From contig JBDRIG010000027.1 of NCBI GenBank assembly GCA_043816185.1, forward strand, positions 1-11,871: a DNA stretch of 11,871 bases. The letters are read 5' to 3'. Each line of letters opens with the position of its first letter. The stretch's first letter is position 1. The notes below the pieces were generated by a model. It worked only from the letters and a program-made list of their open reading frames with translations. It ran no database searches and was not told the origin of the DNA. This document shows positions 5,567 through 11,871 of the stretch, one piece after another. A program made the position numbers and the translations under genes. Origin of the DNA: Elusimicrobiota bacterium (lineage in GTDB: Bacteria > Elusimicrobiota > UBA8919).

Positions 5567-7792
5567 TTAGGTATTTGCAAAGTCCATATCTTTTTTTAGT
5601 AATTCATTTTGTGATTTCGAAAGTATTTTAGTTGCCGTTTGCATTTCCTTTTCAAACATTTCCGACGCTGTTTTTTTTGCGTTTTGTATTATTCCCAGGT
5701 CCGAAATCATATCCCCTATTTTGAACTCTATCAGTCCAGATTGTGCTGTTCCAAAAAATTCGCCAAATCCACGCAATTTCAGATCCTCTTGTGCAATTTT
5801 GAAACCATCGGTTGTTTCAAGCAAAATTTTTAATCTTTTTTTTGAGTCATCAGTTTTTGCGTTGGAAATAAGTATGCAGTATGATTGTTTGAGACCTCTC
5901 CCAACCCTACCTCTCAACTGATGCAAAATTGAAAGTCCATATCTTTCAGCATGCTCAATAACTATAACAGTACTATTAGAAATATCAATTCCAGATTCAA
6001 TCACAGTTGTGGAAATAAGTATCTCATATTTTTTTTGTTTGAAATCATGCATAACCTTGTTTTTTTCTTCTGGTTTCATTTTCCCATAAATAAGTCCAAC
6101 AGAATAATCTTTAAACTCTGTTTTTCTTAGGATTTCCGCTTCTTTTATCGCCGATTTCAATTGTTTACCTGCCAGTCGTCGAGGAGAATTATCTACCAGT
6201 TGTTGAGTATGCTCGTCTGCCAGTCGTCGAGGAGAATTATCTACCAGTTGTTGAGCGGATTCACCAGCAAATCGTCGGGTAGGTAATTTTTCGCTGTCGT
6301 CAACAAGCGGATAAACGATATATGCTTGCTCGCCTTGGCTGATTTTTTCTCGTACAAAACTGTATGCGTCTCTGTCGGACATTTCAAGTGTTTTTATTGG
6401 AATACGTCCAGAAGGAAGTTCTTTTATCGTCGAAATTTCCAAATCACCATAGATAGTTAAGCCAAGTGTTCTTGGAATTGGTGTTGCTGACATCAGTAAA
6501 AAATCCACATTTCTAAATTCCGATTTTTTCCTCAATTTAAGACGTTGCTCAACGCCAAATTTGTGTTGCTCGTCAACAACAACCAAAGAAAGATTTTTGA
6601 ATTTTATATTTTCTTCAAGCAGAGCATGTGTTCCAATAATTATGTTCGCTTTGCCATCGGCAATTTTATTTTCTGTTTTTCTTTTTATTTTTTTTTGCAT
6701 TTTGCCAACAACATACTCTATGTTGACGGGCAGTTTTTTTAAAAGTTTTTTTATGGTTATTGAATGTTGTTTTGCGAGGATTTCTGTGGGTGCAAGAAGT
6801 ACTACTTGAAAACCCGACTCAACTGCCAACAGCATACTAGATAACGCTACCACCGTTTTTCCACTTCCAACATCTCCCTGCAAAAAACGGTTCATTGGTT
6901 TTAGTGATAATAAATCTTCAAAAATTTCATTTATTACATTTTTTTGTGATGCAGTAAATTCAAACGGTAACGATTTTCTAAAAGGACTAAGAAGTTTTTT
7001 TGTTAAGGTATATTTGAATTCTTTTTTTTCTAATTTGCGATTCTGTTTCAAGAATTCTAATTTCAATTGAAAATTAAGAAACTCGTCAAAAGCCAGTCGT
7101 TTTCTTGCCTTCTCTTTATCGACGAAGGTTTTTGGAAAATGTATGTTCTGCAATGCGTATTTTATATTTGCAAGATCGTATTTTTCTAAATATTTTTCAG
7201 GTATAATTTCGGAAAAACTTCCTATGTATTTTTCAAGAGTATTTTTTATAATCGTTCTTAAAAATTTATTAGTAAAACTTTCTGTGAGTGGATAAATGGG
7301 AACGATTTTATTGAAACTTATCAGATCTTTTTCGTTAACTATGGCAACTTCGGGCAAAGATGCCACAACTTCATATTCCTGAACATTTACTGTTTTTTCC
7401 CAAAAATCGCTATTAAAAGTCCCCATTATAAAAATCTTTTTACCAACGACAATTTCTTTTTTTAATTTTCCAAAAACATCATAATTTTTTGTGTTTCGTC
7501 TTATCCATATAGCATTTACTATTCCCGAAGAATCTCTTATTATCGATTTAAATGCGACCAAATATCTGCCATATCCTTCAATTGAAATATTTTCAACCCT
7601 GCCACAAACGGTTGCTCTTTCGCCAAATTTTAATTCCGATATTTTTTTTGGATTTGTTCTATCATCCCAATCGCGTGGAAAATAGTACAACAAATCCTTT
7701 ATAGATTTTATCTTCAATGCGAGGTTTAGTTTTGCAGATATTTTTTCACCAACCCCTTTTATATATTGAACTGAAATGAATTCTGTTGACAT
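5567..7792 (-). CDS. recG: ATP-dependent DNA helicase RecG, with in-frame insertions
   Basis: DLLYYFPRDWDDR, PIYPLTE, RLAFDE, LPFEFT, QGDVGSGKT, APTEILAKQH, DEQHKFGVEQR, MSATPIPRTL, LHQLRGRVGRG and DGFKIAQEDLKLRG motifs. Confidence 0.97.
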   Translation of the reverse strand: MSTEFISVQYIKGVGEKISAKLNLALKIKSIKDLLYYFPRDWDDRTNPKKISELKFGERATVCGRVENISIEGYGRYLVAFKSIIRDSSGIVNAIWIRRNTKNYDVFGKLKKEIVVGKKIFIMGTFNSDFWEKTVNVQEYEVVASLPEVAIVNEKDLISFNKIVPIYPLTESFTNKFLRTIIKNTLEKYIGSFSEIIPEKYLEKYDLANIKYALQNIHFPKTFVDKEKARKRLAFDEFLNFQLKLEFLKQNRKLEKKEFKYTLTKKLLSPFRKSLPFEFTASQKNVINEIFEDLLSLKPMNRFLQGDVGSGKTVVALSSMLLAVESGFQVVLLAPTEILAKQHSITIKKLLKKLPVNIEYVVGKMQKKIKRKTENKIADGKANIIIGTHALLEENIKFKNLSLVVVDEQHKFGVEQRLKLRKKSEFRNVDFLLMSATPIPRTLGLTIYGDLEISTIKELPSGRIPIKTLEMSDRDAYSFVREKISQGEQAYIVYPLVDDSEKLPTRRFAGESAQQLVDNSPRRLADEHTQQLVDNSPRRLAGKQLKSAIKEAEILRKTEFKDYSVGLIYGKMKPEEKNKVMHDFKQKKYEILISTTVIESGIDISNSTVIVIEHAERYGLSILHQLRGRVGRGLKQSYCILISNAKTDDSKKRLKILLETTDGFKIAQEDLKLRGFGEFFGTAQSGLIEFKIGDMISDLGIIQNAKKTASEMFEKEMQTATKILSKSQNELLKKDMDFANT
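6164..6283 (-). repeat. In-frame tandem array in recG: 5 x 24 bp with 48-bp higher-order period
   Basis: Encodes PTRRFAGE/SAQQLVDN/SPRRLADE/HTQQLVDN/SPRRLAGK. Two identical 39-bp blocks lie at 6169-6207 and 6217-6255. Confidence 0.92.
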
Positions 7793-7813
7793 TTTTCTAT
7801 ATTTTTGTAAAAT
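7786..7813 (+). promoter_or_regulatory. Probable sigma70 promoter of rpmB, overlapping the recG start codon
   Basis: TTGACA (7786-7791), 16-bp spacer, TAAAAT (7808-7813). GGAGG Shine-Dalgarno at 7850-7854 precedes the rpmB ATG. Confidence 0.6.
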
Positions 7814-7858
7814 ACTGCTTCATACTATTTCAAATTTAATTATTGTATCGGAGGATTT

Positions 7859-8050
7859 ATGGCATTTAAATGTGTTGTATGCGGGAAAAAAACAAAATCT
7901 GGGCATCGCGTCAGTCATTCAAACAGAAAAAGTAACAGAAAATTTAAGCCGAATCTTCAAAAAATCAAAATTATCCTCGAAGGCAAAAAGTCCTGCCATT
8001 ATGTCTGCACAAAATGTATCAAATCCAATAAAGTTGTAAAGGCAATATAA
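7859..8050 (+). CDS. rpmB: 50S ribosomal protein L28 (Zn-ribbon, C+ form)
   Basis: 63-aa basic protein with CVVCGK...[20 protein letters not shown]...VCTKCIKS. Strong SD site. Typical linkage with recG. Confidence 0.97.
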   Translation: MAFKCVVCGKKTKSGHRVSHSNRKSNRKFKPNLQKIKIILEGKKSCHYVCTKCIKSNKVVKAI

Positions 8051-8196
8051 TAGATTATTGTCAGAAAAACTTCCTCTAAAAAACATCTACTCGATGATCG
8101 TCAGGTCTTGCTCTATCATGGTTTGCCTCACCAAAGTTCGACGAAATCTAATGAGTAAACAAAACAGCAATCCCTAAACAAATCAATTTGGCTAAC

Positions 8197-8311
8197 AGAC
8201 CGTGTCGCAATGAGCTAAAAAGTTGCATTTTTATAGAAGATAGCAACTGATGGTAAAATATGGTACTGCAATCCAACACTAGACGATAAAAGATGGATTG
8301 TGACACAGTCT
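8197..8311. mobile_element. 115-bp MITE-like element, copy 1
   Basis: 15-bp terminal inverted repeats AGACCGTGTCGCAAT / ATTGTGACACAGTCT (2 mismatches). 109/115 identical to 9582-9696. No coding capacity. Confidence 0.85.
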
Positions 8312-8548
8312 GAATGACGGCTAACACCGAGATTGCCGCGGCTTCCTGTTTGCAAAAGGCAAGGAAATTATACAAAAAAACTCAAGAAATCTGTTACCGA
8401 AATTGTGAAGTATTACACTTGCGGACTTTCGCAATGACCATGAATATAAGATATGCTGTCAGTAAATGAGTCGCTTAGCGAAGTAGTGCTAATGGTACCT
8501 GCCTGACGATAGACAAACAAACTGCTGGGCGAGTGTAGTCAGTTTTTC

Positions 8549-9538
8549 CTAAAAAAGTATGCTTAATGAAAAAGTATATTCAGCAACTTCGTCTTTTTCC
8601 GAACCTTCGATAATTTTGTATGATTCTAAGGCCAAATCTACGATCAATTTTTTTAATTCATAACCAGTACCGAAAGTCAAAGATTGCTTATTGAAATTGC
8701 TAATCCCACCAGAGTGGGGCTCGTAAATTATGCCCTGTCTTAAAAAAATATGTTTTCCTATTGTCTGTTGTAAACCCCCGTGATAAAATTCTTTTCTTAT
8801 AGATGCAATATTTTCATAATCAGCGGACATTAAAAACCAGTCAGACGGTTTTATAGATAGTCCTGTTCTTATATGAGATTTAAGAATACTTCGCCTATAA
8901 TCTGCCCACCAAATACATCCAGGTGAATTTTCTACGGAAAAACCCAATTTTACAAATTTAGACGCTGTGTAAAGTAGGCCAAAATCAAATGCTATACCAT
9001 TACCATCGGATATATTTGTCGACGAGTTAACTAAATCGGCTATACCAAGATTGGCAGAAATATAACTAATGTTTATGCCTAATTGCATTTTATCTGTGTA
9101 TTGTGATGCCGAAGAAAAAGTATATTTATTGACACGTACCTCTATTTTTTTATTTTCAAAAAGAGATGAATAGCTGGAAATTGGTCTAAATGAAAACGCA
9201 CTTTTTGAATTGGCAAAACTAATAAAGGTAAGTTTTTTTCCTTGAAGAGAATCGCTATAAAAAAGATCGGAATTCATAGTGTTCGTTTCTTGAGATGTAT
9301 TTATACAGGTTGTAAAATATTTTTCTTCAAGTTGTTTCAATCCCGCCGGATTCCAATATGCCGCCGATGCATTGTCGGACACCGCAACAAATGCCTCTCC
9401 CATTCCAATCGCTTTTGCGTCGACAGGTCTTCCATTAAAAATAAATACAGGTAACGGAGCATTTTGTTTAGCATAAAGACAAATAGAAAATAGAAGACAA
9501 AAGATAGAAGATAAAATCAAAAATAAAATTTTTTTCAT
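8549..9538 (-). CDS. PorV/PorQ (UPF0164)-like outer-membrane beta-barrel protein
   Basis: Signal peptide, N-terminal motif DAKAIGMGEAFVAVSDNASAAYWNPAGL of the PorV/FadL-like plug, alternating beta-strand pattern, C-terminal Phe. Confidence 0.8.
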   Translation of the reverse strand: MKKILFLILSSIFCLLFSICLYAKQNAPLPVFIFNGRPVDAKAIGMGEAFVAVSDNASAAYWNPAGLKQLEEKYFTTCINTSQETNTMNSDLFYSDSLQGKKLTFISFANSKSAFSFRPISSYSSLFENKKIEVRVNKYTFSSASQYTDKMQLGINISYISANLGIADLVNSSTNISDGNGIAFDFGLLYTASKFVKLGFSVENSPGCIWWADYRRSILKSHIRTGLSIKPSDWFLMSADYENIASIRKEFYHGGLQQTIGKHIFLRQGIIYEPHSGGISNFNKQSLTFGTGYELKKLIVDLALESYKIIEGSEKDEVAEYTFSLSILF

Positions 9539-9581
9539 AAGATAGTTAGAAGTCGAAAGTATGACAATCTCCTTGTCATTG

Positions 9582-9696
9582 AGACTGTGTCACAATGAGC
9601 TAAAAAGTTGCATTTTTATAGAAGATAGCAACTGATAGTAAAATATGGTACTGCAATCCAACACTAGATGGTAAAAGATGGATTGCGACACAGTCT
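9582..9696. mobile_element. 115-bp MITE-like element, copy 2 (same orientation as copy 1)
   Basis: TIRs AGACTGTGTCACAAT / ATTGCGACACAGTCT (1 mismatch). Six differences from copy 1, all transitions. Confidence 0.85.
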
Positions 9697-9719
9697 GATT
9701 GCGACAGCCATGTCCATTT

Positions 9720-11441
9720 TTATTTCAAATTCTGTAGTTCGTAAAGTTGTTTGTATAATATAGATGTTTCAAGTAATTGAGAATGACTTCCAACAGCAAC
9801 TATTTTTCCATTATCAACAACAATTATTTTACTGGCTGATTTCACGGTTGAAAGACGGTGTGCAATAACGACGGTGGTCTTTCCTTTCATAAGTTTTGAC
9901 ATTGCATCCTGAACCAGCATTTCCGACTCAGAATCCAGTGCCGATGTTGCTTCGTCAAGAATCAAAATTTGTGGGTTTCTTAAAATTACTCTCGCTATTG
10001 CTATCCTTTGTCTTTCTCCACCAGAAAGCATGGCACCTTTTTCGCCAATAACCGTATCGTATTTTTGCGAAAGTTTTTCTATAAAATAATTAGCATTTGC
10101 CTCTTTCGCTGCATTTTCTATATTAGAAAAATTTTTGCATACAGTTCCATAAGAAATATTATTGGAAACCGTATCATTAAATAAAATTGTTTCCTGCGTA
10201 ACTATACCCATCTGACCTCTGAGTGATTTCAACGTAAAATTTTTTATGTTGTTGTTATCGATGGTAACTATTCCATCTGTCGGGTCGTAAAATCTTGCAA
10301 GAAGATTTGCTATTGTTGTTTTTCCGCTGCCGGAAGGGCCAACAAGTGCAACTGTCTCACCTTTTTTTATTGTAAAATTTATGTTGCTTAAAACGGGTTT
10401 TTCCAATTCATATCTAAAATTAACATTTTCAAATTTTATTTCTCCAGATAGTTCTTTCATTTCTTCTGCATCAGGTAATTCTACAACATTCGGTTTCTCG
10501 TCAAGTATTTCAAAAATTCTCTCGGTGGCGGCAAGTGCTGTTTGAATATCAGTGTTCACATCTGTAAGCGATTTTGCTGGTTTGTACATTGACATTGCTG
10601 TTGTGAGAAAAGCAACAAATGTTCCGAGTGTCGCAGTGCCACCTATAACTTCTACCCCTCCCCAAAGTATTACGATAGAAATTCCAAACACTCCAAGAAA
10701 TTCAATAAGCGGTGCCTGTAAAATATCCGCTTTAGTAAGACGCATTAAAATTTTTAAGTAGTCATAATTTTGTTTTCTCATTTCTTCTATCTCTTCCTGT
10801 TCTGATGTTACGGATTTTATAAGTTTTATACCAGTGATTTTTTCTTGCAAAAGTGAATAAATATTAGCCGTGAGTTCTTGAACCCGTTTTGACCTTCTTT
10901 TTATTTTTTTTCCTATTTTCAGAATTATAATAGATATAACAGGAAAAACAACAAATATAGAAATCGTCCATTTCCAGTTAAGATAAAACATTACTCCGAG
11001 ATAAAAAATCACATACAAACCGTCTCTTAAAGTGTTTCTCGGAATCATTACAATTGCTCTTTGTATCAGAGAAACATCATAAGTTAGACGGGAAATCAGT
11101 TTGCCCGTTTGTGATTTTATAAAATAAGCAATTGAGAGATTCATAAGTTTATTATACATTTCGTTTCTTATATCTGTTATCACCGTTTGTCCTATCCACG
11201 ATAAAAGATAACTCTGCATATATGAAAAAACAAATTTTAAAAAACCAACAATTATTATTCCAGTTACTATCGGTATAATAAATTCTTTTTGTTTTAGTGC
11301 AAAAATCTTATCCATCGCCGGTTTGATTAAAAGCATTAACACCGACTGAAACGCTGCTACAAATACCATACATATCATTGCATAAATGAATTTCTTTTTA
11401 TACGGTTTTAAGTAGTTAAATAATCTTTTAAGATTTTCCAT
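9720..11441 (-). CDS. ABC exporter, fused permease/ATPase, MsbA-like (possible lipid A flippase)
   Basis: N-terminal TM domain, Walker A GPSGSGKT, Q-loop VTQE, signature LSGGERQR, Walker B ILILDEATSALD, IAHRL. 573 aa. Substrate cannot be determined from sequence. Confidence 0.9.
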   Translation of the reverse strand: MENLKRLFNYLKPYKKKFIYAMICMVFVAAFQSVLMLLIKPAMDKIFALKQKEFIIPIVTGIIIVGFLKFVFSYMQSYLLSWIGQTVITDIRNEMYNKLMNLSIAYFIKSQTGKLISRLTYDVSLIQRAIVMIPRNTLRDGLYVIFYLGVMFYLNWKWTISIFVVFPVISIIILKIGKKIKRRSKRVQELTANIYSLLQEKITGIKLIKSVTSEQEEIEEMRKQNYDYLKILMRLTKADILQAPLIEFLGVFGISIVILWGGVEVIGGTATLGTFVAFLTTAMSMYKPAKSLTDVNTDIQTALAATERIFEILDEKPNVVELPDAEEMKELSGEIKFENVNFRYELEKPVLSNINFTIKKGETVALVGPSGSGKTTIANLLARFYDPTDGIVTIDNNNIKNFTLKSLRGQMGIVTQETILFNDTVSNNISYGTVCKNFSNIENAAKEANANYFIEKLSQKYDTVIGEKGAMLSGGERQRIAIARVILRNPQILILDEATSALDSESEMLVQDAMSKLMKGKTTVVIAHRLSTVKSASKIIVVDNGKIVAVGSHSQLLETSILYKQLYELQNLK

Positions 11442-11745
11442 ATATCAATTCTATTTCCCATGGATAAATAACATTAACTCTTTTATCAACAGAGGGCTCA
11501 TTCTTTTCCATACAGCAGTAGTAAAGTTCGGCATCACGGTATTCCCGCTTAAAAAACATAAGATGGGCAGTATATTTGCTACGAAAAACATTTTTTACTT
11601 CTATTGCACAGAAATTTCTCTTTCTACCATTTCTATCGTAGTCCACAATAAAATCAATTTCTTGCTGTTTATTCGTTCTCCAGAAATTGATGTTTTCTGC
11701 TGGAATATTTTTTCTTAATTGCGAATACACACTGCTTTCTCTCAA
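11428..11745 (-). pseudogene. C-terminal remnant of an AAA-ATPase/DUF4143 protein (PD-(D/E)XK-like tail)
   Basis: ESSVYSQLRK...FWRT...EIDFIV...AIEVK...IYPW matches the tail of AAA_14+DUF4143 proteins, which are normally about 400 aa. Upstream sequence is transposase rather than ATPase, and the TTG start has no convincing SD. Confidence 0.75.
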
Positions 11746-11871
11746 AACAGATTAGTTCTTCTTGTTCTTCTGTTAATGTGGTATTGATCTTATGGGGACG
11801 GGAAGATTTATCTTCTAAACTTTCTGCTCTCTTCCAACGATGTGCAGTGGTTTGACTGATACCGTATTTTT
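11669..11871 (-). mobile_element. Truncated IS481-family transposase (N-terminal HTH region; start lies beyond the window)
   Basis: Manual translation from 11869 gives KYGISQTTAHRWKRAESLEDKSSRPHKINTTLTEEQEELICFERKQ, matching the IS481 HTH plus DxSSRPH motif. The frame then runs out of frame through the DUF4143 remnant and stops at 11669-11671. Confidence 0.8.

Noticed and set aside
6164..6283. CRISPR array or intein interpretation of the recG insert
   Set aside because: There are no unique spacers of CRISPR length and no cas genes. The insert is far too short for an intein and lacks the Cys/Ser start and His-Asn end.
806..7685. Numerous + strand ORFs of 60-117 aa opposite rnf, apbE and recG
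   Set aside because: Antisense shadows of well-supported minus-strand genes with no independent evidence.
7776..8039. 87-aa + strand ORF
   Set aside because: Alternative frame overlapping the clear rpmB gene.
8148..8375. 75-aa minus-strand ORF in the intergenic region
   Set aside because: It reads through the MITE and repeat fragments and has a non-ATG start, so it is likely spurious.
8519..8546. Intrinsic terminator after the PorV-like gene
   Set aside because: The stem is weak and bulged, so it is not called as a feature.
8549..9538. Evidence for a type IX secretion system
   Set aside because: A lone PorV-like barrel is insufficient, and no other T9SS components are in the window.
8197..9696. 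Integron cassette (attC) or DGR template/variable repeat interpretation of the 115-bp pair
   Set aside because: No RYYYAAC...GTTRRRY ends, and no integrase or reverse transcriptase in the window. Differences are mixed transitions rather than adenine-specific, and both copies are non-coding.
9242..10761. + strand ORFs 9242-9454 and 10552-10761
   Set aside because: Antisense to the PorV-like and ABC transporter genes.

Overview
AT-rich bacterial window, probably from an anaerobic diderm. It carries an Rnf complex, an MsbA-like exporter and a PorV/UPF0164-type outer-membrane protein. This mix resembles Elusimicrobiota-like genomes, but that is inference. One minus-strand run encodes recG-apbE-rnfC-rnfD-rnfG-rnfE-rnfA, with no rnfB after rnfA, and is divergent from rpmB (L28). 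A second minus-strand run encodes a DUF4143-type C-terminal remnant, the MsbA-like ABC transporter and the PorV-like protein. Both window ends fall inside IS481-like transposase sequence that the ORF track misses: the C-terminus and terminal ...ACA on the left, and a truncated N-terminal HTH fused to the DUF4143 remnant on the right. The most unusual signal is a dense set of small repeats. Two ~95% identical 115-bp MITE-like elements flank the PorV-like gene. Several short palindromic elements appear to be inserted in-frame into conserved proteins: RecG twice (including an exact 5 x 24-bp, 40-aa array), RnfC and ApbE. Related free-standing motifs for the RecG array and the RnfC insert lie in the 8051-8548 intergenic region. 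I see no evidence for a new multi-gene system, CRISPR array or structural RNA gene.
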